Below, in pieces: positions 19,646 through 28,815 of a stretch of DNA of 64,000 bases (position 1 is its first letter; the number at the start of each line of letters is the position of its first letter). Under the pieces are notes generated by a model that ran no database searches, was not told the origin of the DNA, and worked only from the letters and a program-made list of their open reading frames with translations. The stretch comes from Spirochaetaceae bacterium (lineage in GTDB: Bacteria; Spirochaetota; Leptospiria; Leptospirales; Leptonemataceae): contig PBUB01000021.1 in the NCBI GenBank assembly GCA_002729885.1, positions 36,451 to 100,450 of the forward strand. The letters run 5' to 3'. The position numbers were made by a program, and so were the translations under genes.

Positions 19646-20779
19646 ATGCGAGTAACAATTCTCATCCATCTTTTCTTCCTGGTAGCAATTCCGGGGCCCG
19701 GTTGTTCAATGCTCCTCCCGGAAAACCAGGAAAACGATCAGAATCTGTCCAACCCGGTGGGCAGCGAATCCGGCGCGAATGCTCCGGATCTTGCGGCCAC
19801 AAGAGCGTCTGAATCCGAAAAGTCTGTTGCACCGGAACACCGCAAGAAGATCCAGCTTTTCATCCTGGCGGGACAATCCAATATGTCAGGTCGAGGGAAA
19901 GGTTATTCAGAAGATAAATTCAGTACTGATTCCGCCGTTTATGTATTTGGGAACGACTATCGATGGAAGATCGCAAGGCCACCCATCGATTCTTCCAGAG
20001 ACCAGCTGGATCAGGTCTCCATGGATACAGGTACAGGAATGGATCCCTCTCTCCCCTTCGCTTACGAGTTGCGAAAACACAACCCGGATATGATAATAGG
20101 ACTTGTTCCTTGCGCCATGGGAGCCACAACGATGTTCGAATGGGAGCGAAGATCCGGCAGGGATTCGCTGTATGGCTCTTGTCTGTATCGTGCAAAGCTG
20201 GCCTCCAAAATGGGAACTATCAAAGCGGTTCTCTTTTTTCAGGGGGAATGGGATGCTGTGGACGTGGAGTTCTCCCGCCTGCTGGCGGAAAACCACCGAC
20301 CACCGGAAAAGAAACCTGAAAACCTAATTCAGTACTCCCTGGATCCAGAATCGCTCCCTGCAGGTATGACCATCCAGGATCTAAAACAGCGAAAACTGAC
20401 TTCGACCAATGCTGGGCAGATACCAATACAGAATGCCGGTGAACACTGGACCATTCAACTGCAGGGAAGCCGGGGGTATAACCGGGGAGAGCCAGCACTG
20501 TGGGGCTTGCTTTTCGCCGACTTCGTGAATAACTTTCGCGGAGATCTCCAGACTCCAGAGCTGCCGGTTATTTTCGCACAAATCGGAGATCAAAAAAGAC
20601 CGGATGTCTATAAACACTGGAAAACAGTCCAGGAGGCTCAATCCAGCATCAACCTGGAGAATGTATCCATGATCCGAACCTCGGGACTGCCGCTGCGGGA
20701 CTCAGTGCATTTTACAGCAGAAAGCTACCTCATCATCGGACAGAGATTCGCCCATGCTTACCTTCACCAGTATCGATAG
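19646..20779 (+). CDS. SASA-family (sialate O-acetylesterase-like, SGNH-type) carbohydrate esterase
   Basis: Signal peptide. IQLFILAGQSNMSGRG is the GQSNM nucleophile motif. C-terminal RDSVHFT is a DxxH motif. Confidence 0.7.
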   Translation: MRVTILIHLFFLVAIPGPGCSMLLPENQENDQNLSNPVGSESGANAPDLAATRASESEKSVAPEHRKKIQLFILAGQSNMSGRGKGYSEDKFSTDSAVYVFGNDYRWKIARPPIDSSRDQLDQVSMDTGTGMDPSLPFAYELRKHNPDMIIGLVPCAMGATTMFEWERRSGRDSLYGSCLYRAKLASKMGTIKAVLFFQGEWDAVDVEFSRLLAENHRPPEKKPENLIQYSLDPESLPAGMTIQDLKQRKLTSTNAGQIPIQNAGEHWTIQLQGSRGYNRGEPALWGLLFADFVNNFRGDLQTPELPVIFAQIGDQKRPDVYKHWKTVQEAQSSINLENVSMIRTSGLPLRDSVHFTAESYLIIGQRFAHAYLHQYR

Positions 20780-20821
20780 CGATCCATCCGCTGGCTTTCC
20801 CGCCCGGGAAAAGAAATGAAC

Positions 20822-20901
20822 GCTGCCATTGTGCAGACTGTCATTGTGCAGACTGTCATTGCGGAGACTGTCATTGTGCAGGCTGTCATTGTGCAGGCTC
20901 C
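20822..20901. repeat. 15-bp tandem repeat, about 5 copies
   Basis: CATTGTGCAGACTGT x2, CATTGCGGAGACTGT, CATTGTGCAGGCTGT, CATTGTGCAGGCTCC, read directly at 20827-20901 with a partial unit before. Confidence 0.9.
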
Positions 20902-21186
20902 TCTGGTAAAGCTGGTCCGGGGAATCTTGCCTGTGATTCAGAAAACAGGGCGCATACTATAATTCGCGACTCCAAAGTTAGGCACTAATTTGATTTTGGC
21001 TCGACCGTCAGTTTCGAACATTCCAACACCGAACCTCAAAAACCCTGTTCCGCCATAAACGTCCGGATGGGCCCTCCAGGACGACACAGAATCCATTTCA
21101 TGAGACAATGATCTGGTTGATGCTCTGGCGGATGGGAATCTTTCGAGCTGCCATGGCACGACCTGGTGACTGGCAAGGAGTAGGAA

Positions 21187-22083
21187 ATGAGTGTAACAGA
21201 ATCTGGCACGTCGCAACACCTGGAACGGTTTGACACAGTCCACTATGATTCGCAAGCAATCGAAGAGTATTATCTACATTCGCAATTTGATTATAGGCTT
21301 CTCTGGAATCAGGACGAATCCCATTCGTTGCATTTTGGGTTCTGGTCGGACGAAACCAGGAATTTGAGCGAAGCATTGGAAAACGAAAACCGCGTACTCG
21401 CGGACCTGGCCCAGATTCAACCCGGCGATGTGGTGCTGGATGCAGGATGCGGCGTTGGGGGTAGTTCCATCTTTCTGGCACAAAACTTTGGATGCCAGGT
21501 GCATGGAGTCTCTCTGTGCAGCCATCAGCTTACGCGCGCTCAAGAGGTGGCCAGGAAGTACAATGTCGAGAACCAGGTGCACTTTTCCCGAGCAGACTTC
21601 CATGATCTGGATTTCTCTGATTCATTTTTCTCTGTCATCTGGTGCATTGAAAGCTTTTGCCATTCATGGAACAAACCTCGCTTTCTGGAAGAGGCCTTTC
21701 GACTCCTGCGGCCGGGAGGAGTACTGATCATTGCAGATGGTTTCCTGGGCTCCAGAATGCAAAGGCCATCAGAAAGACGATTGATGCGCTCCTGGCTGGA
21801 TGGCTGGGCCGTGCCAGAACTACTCAGTCAAACACAAATAGGAGCTCTGGCATCGGACGCCGGGTTTCGGGACTCCAGCTTCGAAGACTATACAGAGAAG
21901 ATCCGTAAATCATCCGAAAGGCTCTATCGCTATTCCACGATATTATCTCCGGCGGCCCGTTTCGCATCTTTTCTGGGTCTCAGAAGGAAGATTCTGAACG
22001 GAAACTTGCGAGCAGCACGGGACCAGTACCTGGCGCTTCGCGCCGATCTATGGCAATATGGAGTATTCCGAGCATGGAAATGA
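21187..22083 (+). CDS. class I SAM-dependent methyltransferase
   Basis: Motif I VLDAGCGVGGSS. Post-I and motif II (DFSDSFFSVIWCIES), and LRPGGVLIIAD. The LHFGFW box before motif I is reminiscent of small-molecule/lipid methyltransferases. Confidence 0.85.
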   Translation: MSVTESGTSQHLERFDTVHYDSQAIEEYYLHSQFDYRLLWNQDESHSLHFGFWSDETRNLSEALENENRVLADLAQIQPGDVVLDAGCGVGGSSIFLAQNFGCQVHGVSLCSHQLTRAQEVARKYNVENQVHFSRADFHDLDFSDSFFSVIWCIESFCHSWNKPRFLEEAFRLLRPGGVLIIADGFLGSRMQRPSERRLMRSWLDGWAVPELLSQTQIGALASDAGFRDSSFEDYTEKIRKSSERLYRYSTILSPAARFASFLGLRRKILNGNLRAARDQYLALRADLWQYGVFRAWK

Positions 22084-23594
22084 CCAGGGATCCATCTATT
22101 GAGCAAACACCGGCGAAGAGCCCAGAAAGATGGAGTCGTGAATACTCGCTGCCCTGGCAATCCTGCGGCGACCCAACTGCTGACTCCGTTATCGAGAAGC
22201 TTTTGTCCAGCGGAAGAATCGATGGGCTGCACTCCATCCTGGATGCGATTCAAAGGAATGGAGATGCAGTGCCGGATTGCCCTCCAGTGCTTCGATCCTA
22301 TTTCGAAGAGACCGCGCGGCTACCATCCTTCGCCAATCAGGACACACTTTCGCATTCGCAGGACGTATTTGCTCGATATGGACTGCCAATGACTCTGAGT
22401 CTTTTCTGTCTTGTGCTTCCAGAAGGCTACGCGGCGCCGCGACCCGCCCTGGCACTTTCTTTTACAAAGACCATGTACGATCACACTCGAAGGCGCCTTG
22501 CTGAGACGGCACAATTTCTTCTGGATGTTGTTTCCCCGGGGGCCTTTGGCCCGGATGGCCGAGCCATTCGAAGTATTCAAAAAGTCAGATTGATGCATGC
22601 GGCTGCCAGATTCTTCGTTAAACGAAAGAAAGAGTGGCCCCAATCCTATGGAGATCCCATCTCGCAGACGGATCTCGCTGCCGTGGCCGGCGGATTCGGC
22701 TCTGAGACGATTCGAGGACTGGAAAAACTGGGAATTGTGCTACGGGAAGAGGACCGGGAGGCCTATACCCACTGCTGGGCCGTAATGAGCTCCATGATAG
22801 GTCTGGATGACGAGCTTGTGGCCCGGGACTTCCGTGACATGGATGAATGTGTTAAATCCTACAAGCGACACCAATGGGGACCCAGCACCGAAGGAAAAGA
22901 ACTGACCAGAAGCTTGATGAATATGGTGAATCGGCAATTGCCACCTCTGCTAAGGGGGCTGCCGGAAGCCTACCTGTATTTCCTGATGGGCCCGGAAGGA
23001 GCTGAAATCCTGGGGGTTTCCAGGAATCGCAAGAGCTCGGTTCTGCGTCCCTTCATGGGACTGAACTCCTTCATTAATCTGTCGCAACATAAATCCAGGC
23101 GGCTGGCCCGTATCATTAGATCCCTGACCCTTGGAATACTGCAGGGAGTGATGGTTCGCGAAATCGGAGACAGACCGGTGAAGTTCTACATGCAGCCAGC
23201 CATTCGCAAAGCATGGCAGATGGATCCTGTCTATCGCAGGTTTTCCAGAAAAGGGAATCTGTCCAACTACCAAGCAACCGTGCAGTTACCGGATACGACT
23301 TCCCTGCAGGCATCAGCCGACACCGGCGCCGCCAAAAACCAGTGCCTCCTGATGGATCTCAGTCGAACCGGGGCAAGCATTCTTGTAGATCCAGGTCTTA
23401 ACCCGGGAGGCGCCGGATCCAGTTTCACGATCCAGATTCGTCGCCACAATGCATCGGTATCCCTGAATGCAATTAGCTGCCATCAGCAAATGGACAATAA
23501 AACCGGTTTGCTTCGAATCGGAATGGAATTCGACAATCCGGATCGGCATTCGGTTCGGATCATTCAGAAATGGATGGATCAAGAAGAAACTTAG
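22080..23594 (+). CDS. MpaB/Lcp-family (DUF2236) oxygenase-like protein fused to a C-terminal PilZ domain
   Basis: The ATG at 22080 overlaps the upstream TGA (ATGA). RRRLAETAQFLLDV...IRSIQKVRLMHAAARFF is DUF2236-like. The C-terminus has RRFSR (RxxxR) and DLSRTG (DxSxxG). The ORF-track start at 22050 and the ATG at 22074 are also possible. Confidence 0.65.
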   Translation: MTRDPSIEQTPAKSPERWSREYSLPWQSCGDPTADSVIEKLLSSGRIDGLHSILDAIQRNGDAVPDCPPVLRSYFEETARLPSFANQDTLSHSQDVFARYGLPMTLSLFCLVLPEGYAAPRPALALSFTKTMYDHTRRRLAETAQFLLDVVSPGAFGPDGRAIRSIQKVRLMHAAARFFVKRKKEWPQSYGDPISQTDLAAVAGGFGSETIRGLEKLGIVLREEDREAYTHCWAVMSSMIGLDDELVARDFRDMDECVKSYKRHQWGPSTEGKELTRSLMNMVNRQLPPLLRGLPEAYLYFLMGPEGAEILGVSRNRKSSVLRPFMGLNSFINLSQHKSRRLARIIRSLTLGILQGVMVREIGDRPVKFYMQPAIRKAWQMDPVYRRFSRKGNLSNYQATVQLPDTTSLQASADTGAAKNQCLLMDLSRTGASILVDPGLNPGGAGSSFTIQIRRHNASVSLNAISCHQQMDNKTGLLRIGMEFDNPDRHSVRIIQKWMDQEET

Positions 23595-23734
23595 AAAAAC
23601 GGCCTGGCAGGAGGGGTTATCTGCAAGCCGACTATTACGAAGCTGAAACCGTCCTAACGATATAACGCCGGAGCACGAATTTCCAGCCCCGGGAATTGTC
23701 CTTGTAGTTAAAGCTCAGGGAAAATAATGACCGG

Positions 23735-24586
23735 ATGACACTGTTCAAGCGGCCACCATGGAAGGCTTTCGCGGCTTTCCACTTCCTTCGCTATTCTATC
23801 CGACCCGTAACATCGAAATGTATTTTTCTACTTACTGCCGCTTTAATGCTATATTGCAACGTGGCCATTAAAGCAGAGCCGTCCCCCGCGCCGGATTACA
23901 GCGACCTTACCACCGGAACCAATCCAGAATCCAGACGAGTGGTGAAACTACAGGTACCCCTGGTGCGGCAGCCGCAGGCAAAACTTTGCGGCCCGGCAGT
24001 AATTGAAATGCTTTTTCGATACTGGGGAGAGACCCGCTACAATCAATATGATATAGCCCGGGCCATGGTGATCAAATATCATCTTGAATCCGGCCGATTC
24101 AGGGATTCGGAAATTCTGCGAGAAGTTCGCGCTCATTCTACTAATTCAGCAGTGAACTGGAAAAGATACCCGGGTACCGGGACCTATCAGATGCGTGAAT
24201 TCCTGGAGGCATTCGCGCCCACGGTAAACCCCAGAGTCAAACAGCTTCCCGATGACGAGAGGGAAGCGGTTCGAATACGCGATCGATTTTTTCGAGAGCT
24301 TAAAGGGCACCTGGATTCAGGATCACCTGCGATCGTGCATCAATGGTTCAATGAAGGAAAAGAGAGCATGCACTATAGAGTCGTCACAGGCTACGACGAT
24401 GTTCGCCGAGTGGTATTCATGAATGATCCAGCAAAGGGTTTAATCGAAATGCCATACGAGCTATTTCTGGAACTATGGAACGTACAGGAAAGCTGGCTTC
24501 CGTATAATTACATTGTATTCAATCGATATGCACCGGGCAGAGTTGATAAGGGAAAACTACGAATTGAGCTAGTTCTGGATTTTTAA
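23735..24586 (+). CDS. C39-like (Peptidase_C39_2-type) cysteine peptidase domain protein, secreted or membrane-anchored
   Basis: Hydrophobic N-terminus CIFLLTAALMLYCNVAIKA. VPLVRQPQAKLCGPAVIEMLFRYWG carries the Gln/Cys motif, with the Cys codon at 23987-23989. MHYRVVTGYD carries the His, followed by FMNDPAKG. Confidence 0.65.
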   Translation: MTLFKRPPWKAFAAFHFLRYSIRPVTSKCIFLLTAALMLYCNVAIKAEPSPAPDYSDLTTGTNPESRRVVKLQVPLVRQPQAKLCGPAVIEMLFRYWGETRYNQYDIARAMVIKYHLESGRFRDSEILREVRAHSTNSAVNWKRYPGTGTYQMREFLEAFAPTVNPRVKQLPDDEREAVRIRDRFFRELKGHLDSGSPAIVHQWFNEGKESMHYRVVTGYDDVRRVVFMNDPAKGLIEMPYELFLELWNVQESWLPYNYIVFNRYAPGRVDKGKLRIELVLDF

Positions 24587-24792
24587 TGGCCAGGGAATCT
24601 GAAGCCAGATCGCCATCAGCGTCACTGCATATTGAATGTGAGCCTTAGCTCTCACGAGCCAGCAGTGGCCTGTTCTGGCCGATTTCAAATGAATCCATTG
24701 TAACCAGAGACTTCCGGGTTACGGCTTGCCAGCGGATATCCTTATAGATGATCCATTGAGAAACACCGCAGCTGATGCTACATAATACGTTT

Positions 24793-24836
24793 AAAAAGGA
24801 AGTGCATGGGAATCGGCCGCGAAAGCGACCGTTCCC
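24793..24836 (-). terminator. terminator-like hairpin downstream of the bactofilin gene
   Basis: GGGAATCGGCCGC-GAAA-GCGACCGTTCCC (GNRA loop, one mismatch and one bulge), followed on the minus strand by ...CTTCCTTTTTAA. Confidence 0.4.
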
Positions 24837-24850
24837 GGAAGAGAAGATTA

Positions 24851-25177
24851 TCAATGACGCATGCGGCCAGTGAGGTTCGCAGTAGGCTCGATCTTGATGT
24901 AAGGGGCTTCGATATCTCCATCTACAGTGCCTTTTTCGCCAATGTAGATTTCTTTGGTAGCCTTGATGTTTCCTTTCAGCTGGCCCAAAACGATTGCTGT
25001 AGAACAGCTCACATCGCCCTCTACTACAGCATCCAGTCCTACAGTGAAGGAATGGCCGGGAAGATTGATGCCTTTGGTGGTCACCTTCCCTTCGATGATC
25101 AATTTCTCATCTGCGTTGATTTCCCCGACGATATTCAGTGTCGGTCCAATTACAGTCATTTGCATGTTAACGGGCAT
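24851..25177 (-). CDS. bactofilin (polymer-forming cytoskeletal protein, DUF583)
   Basis: 108 aa of beta-helix repeats: LIIEGKVTTKG...VVEGDVSCSTAIVLGQLKGNIKATKEIYIGEKGTVDGDIEAPYIKIE. Confidence 0.85.
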   Translation of the reverse strand: MPVNMQMTVIGPTLNIVGEINADEKLIIEGKVTTKGINLPGHSFTVGLDAVVEGDVSCSTAIVLGQLKGNIKATKEIYIGEKGTVDGDIEAPYIKIEPTANLTGRMRH

Positions 25178-25405
25178 TGTTTAAGGCCTCCGAAGATATT
25201 TGTACTAAACCCTTACAGTTATGCTGGCAATCAAAATTTTACATGTGCTGAAAACCTTGTCCGTTTTCTAGCTCCGCGGTAGCTCTGGCGGATAAATCAA
25301 TAAAACACTGGCACCGGAATTGATTCAAGAATGAATCGCAAGGCAGATCCTTCATGCTAATATCTATCCTGCCACCGCTTGAATGATTAACAGGGCTCCA
25401 TGGCA

Positions 25406-26242
25406 TTATCGATACGTAGAACCGAAACGGTAAGTAACTCGGAAATGAATTCTAAAATCTTCTTCCCTTTCTTGCCGAATTGCATAGGGCACCGCAAGAG
25501 ACATAGAAAAGCGTTCTGTCGCATTCCAGCGAATGGCGGGCCCCAGAAGCCAGTGCACCCTCTTTCGTTCATCCGGATCATACCGGTGATCATATCTATT
25601 CTCCAGTGAAAGATCCCAGGACCCCATGCGAAAACCCATGGCAAGATCATAGATCACAGACCGATCAAACTGCTGATCCACATCCTCAATAAATCTGGGG
25701 TTGCTTTGAGTGGACCACATAATGGAGCCCTGCAAGAAAAACCAGTCCAGATTCAGCAATAGTCCTGCATAGGGTTGAATATAACCTACATCCTTTTTCA
25801 CATCACCTTGATTCGTACCTCGGGAAAAGCGAATGGTCATGCCCAGGGTGGTTGTCAGAGGTCCAAAGCTGGGTGCCAGGCGAGCCCCCGCTTCCAGGTG
25901 ATCCAGGTATCTGCGCCTGTCCGCATCTGTTACCGTACGTTCTACATAGGGGACCGTACCATAGACGGAAAAGTAGTTTGTGGCAGCCCACTCCCCGGAC
26001 AGATACAGGGATCTTTCTCGTTCATAGTACTTATGCTGGTCCAGTTCAGAAAATTGAAAGCCCAGATGCACTCGACTGGCAACATCCAACCCCTGGGTTA
26101 TGAGAGGCTCTACCGTTTTTGAGTTTCGAGCATCCAGAAATCCAGGCCACAATACAAGAGCCAGAACAGGCAGAATGAATGGCGAGTTCCAGAATGTCTT
26201 ATTCACGAATGCCCCCGGTGAATTGATCCACTGTGTAGGCAA
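25406..26242 (-). CDS. putative outer-membrane beta-barrel protein
   Basis: Signal-like FILPVLALVLWPGFLDA. Alternating aromatic/hydrophilic strands (YLSGEWAATNYFSVYGTVPYV, FRIHFRVTYRF). The start is uncertain: it overlaps the upstream gene by 44 nt, and a GTG at 26206 is an alternative. Confidence 0.45.
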   Translation of the reverse strand: MPTQWINSPGAFVNKTFWNSPFILPVLALVLWPGFLDARNSKTVEPLITQGLDVASRVHLGFQFSELDQHKYYERERSLYLSGEWAATNYFSVYGTVPYVERTVTDADRRRYLDHLEAGARLAPSFGPLTTTLGMTIRFSRGTNQGDVKKDVGYIQPYAGLLLNLDWFFLQGSIMWSTQSNPRFIEDVDQQFDRSVIYDLAMGFRMGSWDLSLENRYDHRYDPDERKRVHWLLGPAIRWNATERFSMSLAVPYAIRQEREEDFRIHFRVTYRFGSTYR

Positions 26243-27050
26243 AGCGATTGGCTACAAATTGGAAGCCTACATCGTTGGGATGAATACAATCGAACATCAG
26301 ATCAGATCGGGAAACCGGAGGTCCTCCCAGCGTAGCCCTGAGATCGATGTAGTGCAGATCCGGGATTTCTGAATCCATCCTGGCCAGAAATTCATTATGC
26401 CGATTGGTAATGTTACGAATCAAATCCTCTGCTTCGGACTGGGTGGCTCCTTCTGTGAGCGCTGCCAGTACGCAGGACGAGTTCAAATTGGGGTTCGGGT
26501 AGTCATAACCATGAATGAAAAAAGTAAGAGGTGCTCCTCCGTACTTCTGCTGCTTGTAAAAATTCGCTTCCTGCACAAGACGCTTCAGCCGCAGCTCCAT
26601 AGAAGTCTGTCTGGAGAGGAGGACTGTCTCAAATCCGTTCTTCTCATATTCGCCAATTGATCCCAGCATGTCGTTTCCACCCAGGCTTACGAACATATAT
26701 TTGATTTCTGGACCGGCGTTGTTGATAACTTGAATAAATCCTCGCTTGCTATCTATCTCCTGACGAAGGGTATGCCCGGCCACCACAGATGCGGTGATGC
26801 GAAAGCCATCCATTCGTAGCCAGTCCAGCATATCTCTTTGAAGCTCAAGGCCAAAAGCAAAGTCAGTCCAGCTATCACCAATCATTCCGAACTTAGATGG
26901 GGATGGACAGGTGGTAATGATTTCGCACTGAAGATTGGCCAGTACCTCATCGGATGGATCCGAGGAACGATCACAGGCAGTCACCGATGCCAGAATCAAC
27001 AGTAGGATTGGGCCGGTGAACCTTCTCACCGAAAATGTCTTTAAGTTCAT
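26199..27050 (-). CDS. SGNH/GDSL-family hydrolase lipoprotein
   Basis: Lipobox ILASVTACD. Block I MIGDSWTD (GDS), block III LGGND, block V DCIHPND (DxxH). Confidence 0.8.
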   Translation of the reverse strand: MNLKTFSVRRFTGPILLLILASVTACDRSSDPSDEVLANLQCEIITTCPSPSKFGMIGDSWTDFAFGLELQRDMLDWLRMDGFRITASVVAGHTLRQEIDSKRGFIQVINNAGPEIKYMFVSLGGNDMLGSIGEYEKNGFETVLLSRQTSMELRLKRLVQEANFYKQQKYGGAPLTFFIHGYDYPNPNLNSSCVLAALTEGATQSEAEDLIRNITNRHNEFLARMDSEIPDLHYIDLRATLGGPPVSRSDLMFDCIHPNDVGFQFVANRFAYTVDQFTGGIRE

Positions 27051-27176
27051 TCCAGATTCCTGAGCGAATTTCGCTTAGAACAATGTAATAGAGAGCCCGG
27101 CAGAAGTAAACCGGAGATTGTGCTGCAATAGCAGCAGTTCATGGCTTCAGGCGGCTACCCTGGATTCCGAATTAGA

Positions 27177-28097
27177 TTACCAGCTACCGGATGCGCCGCC
27201 TCCGCCGAAGCCACCTCCGCCGCCGCTAAAGCCGCCTCCACCGGAGGAGAAGCCACCACCGCCAGAGGATGCAAATCCGCCGCTACCGCCACCACGACCG
27301 AAAGCCCCGATGAGCGCCGCGAAGACTACAGAAAAAATCATAGAGACAGAAAAACCGATTAGAATCCAACCCAGGATGATTCCTATGGGAGCCATAACCC
27401 CGGCAGCAAGTAAGCCGTTGAACATTACTCGAAGGATTAGAGCTCCCACCACTACGATGATAAAAACTACGCTGCTGAAGCCATCGGAATCGGTGTCCAT
27501 GGATTCTTGATTTTGAAGAGGAACCTCTTCCAGGGAGGGCAGTTCTTCGCCGTCAATAAGCGAAATAATCGCATCTGTGGCCTGATCCAGGCCTCCATAG
27601 TAGTTCCCGTCCTGGAAGTTGGGCCGCAGAATGTTTTCAATGATTCGATTCGCTTTCGCATCCGGGATTGGTCCTTCCAGTCCGTAGCCAACCTCGATTC
27701 GCATCTGCCTTTCTTTCTGAGCAATAAGAATGAGCACCCCGTCATCCACTCCTTCTCGGCCCAGCTTCCATTTATCCACCAGACGAATAGAGAAGTCCTC
27801 AATCGGAACACCACCTATGCTGGGCATTATTACAATCGCAACCTGGGATCCCTGCCGGTCCTCCAGAGCCTTCAATTTCTGCGTCAATGCCTGAGCCTCG
27901 GACTGAGATAACATCCCGGCCCGGTCCAGTACGCGAGCTTCCATCTCGGGCAGGGGCACTTCCTGGGCAAAAGCAGGTGCCGAAAACAACAGGGTGAATG
28001 CTGCCAATAACCATGGAATGAGCCTGGCCCGGGTGGGCGAAGCAAAGACTTTGCTGGGACGATTCGCTACGGTCTTCTTCGATGGATGAAAAATCAC
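27177..28097 (-). CDS. TPM-domain protein (YgcG-like) with TM segment and Gly-rich tail
   Basis: RVLDRAGMLSQSEAQALTQKL..LEDRQGSQVAIVIMPS is a TPM/phosphatase-like fold signature. TM region. C-terminal GGGSGGFASSGGGGFSSGGGGFSGGGGGFGGGG. Confidence 0.8.
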   Translation of the reverse strand: MIFHPSKKTVANRPSKVFASPTRARLIPWLLAAFTLLFSAPAFAQEVPLPEMEARVLDRAGMLSQSEAQALTQKLKALEDRQGSQVAIVIMPSIGGVPIEDFSIRLVDKWKLGREGVDDGVLILIAQKERQMRIEVGYGLEGPIPDAKANRIIENILRPNFQDGNYYGGLDQATDAIISLIDGEELPSLEEVPLQNQESMDTDSDGFSSVVFIIVVVGALILRVMFNGLLAAGVMAPIGIILGWILIGFSVSMIFSVVFAALIGAFGRGGGSGGFASSGGGGFSSGGGGFSGGGGGFGGGGASGSW

Positions 28098-28106
28098 AAA
28101 TAATCC

Positions 28107-28598
28107 TTAAAGCACCACTGGACTGTCCGATAGCTCGTTCTGATCACCTTCGCGATAGGGAAAATGCCTGGCCAGAACTTCGGTAATTCGACCTATGCCG
28201 TGGAGCACTCCATCCTTGAACTTCTTTTCCCGGAACATCTTTTCCATCTCCTGGCAAATGGTTTCCCAGGTTTGCTGTCCTTCTAGATTGTTAATTCCGC
28301 GGTCGGCCAGAATGACCATATCATGATCTGCCAGCAGAAGATAGAGCAGCACTCCGTTATTTTCTTCGGTGTCCCAAACTCCCAGATCGCTGAATACTTT
28401 CAATGCCCGGTCAGCGCCGCGAACCTTTTTCAAAATATGGATGGGTTCCAGGGAGGCCTCAACAGCAAAGCGAAGCTCGGCTCGATGCTTTTTTTCCGAG
28501 GCAGCGATGGCCTGCTTGATTTCTTCCATGTCTGCGCTGGAAAAATAACTGGAAACTCTCCAGCGAGGAGTAAAGAGGTGTTTCAGAAATCGGGCCAT
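28107..28598 (-). CDS. TPM-domain protein (second, cytoplasmic-type)
   Basis: IKQAIAASEKKHRAELRFAVEASL...GVLLYLLLADHDMVILADRGI. The start is taken at MARFLKH (28598). Confidence 0.7.
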   Translation of the reverse strand: MARFLKHLFTPRWRVSSYFSSADMEEIKQAIAASEKKHRAELRFAVEASLEPIHILKKVRGADRALKVFSDLGVWDTEENNGVLLYLLLADHDMVILADRGINNLEGQQTWETICQEMEKMFREKKFKDGVLHGIGRITEVLARHFPYREGDQNELSDSPVVL

Positions 28599-28720
28599 AT
28601 ACTTGCTCCAGAAGAAATTCGAAATCCATGCTATAGCACCGGCGTGCATGGTGAAAAGCAAAATCCCCGAATCCAGATCCCTCGCGGGCCCGGAGACTCA
28701 GAAATTCCGGTATAAAAGAG

Positions 28721-28753
28721 CCAAAAACAAAGCCCCTGATGGTTTCAGGGGCT
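28721..28753 (-). terminator. rho-independent terminator after lemA
   Basis: AGCCCCTGA-tggtt-TCAGGGGCT perfect 9-bp stem. The minus-strand continuation is TTGTTTTTGG. Confidence 0.65.
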
Positions 28754-28815
28754 CCGGCTCTCAGAAACAGCGCAGATTCAGGTTTTGCAATCCGCGCTCA
28801 AATTAAGATTGGAGA

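Noticed and set aside
20822-20901. Tandem repeats considered as a degenerate CRISPR array
   Set aside because: The units are 15 bp and directly abutting with no spacers, there are no cas genes, and the repeat is too short. It is a simple VNTR-type tandem repeat.
25309-25323. Sigma-54-like element TGGCAC-N5-TTGA on the plus strand
   Set aside because: The -12 box is imperfect (TTGA rather than TTGC), and no plus-strand gene lies downstream for more than 4 kb. The neighbouring genes are on the minus strand.
27118-27510. Proline-rich 130-aa ORF (PPPPKPPPPPLKPPPPEEKPPPP)
   Set aside because: It is a mirror image of the Gly-rich tail (GGC/GGA codons) of the TPM-domain protein on the opposite strand, so it is an artefact of low-complexity sequence.
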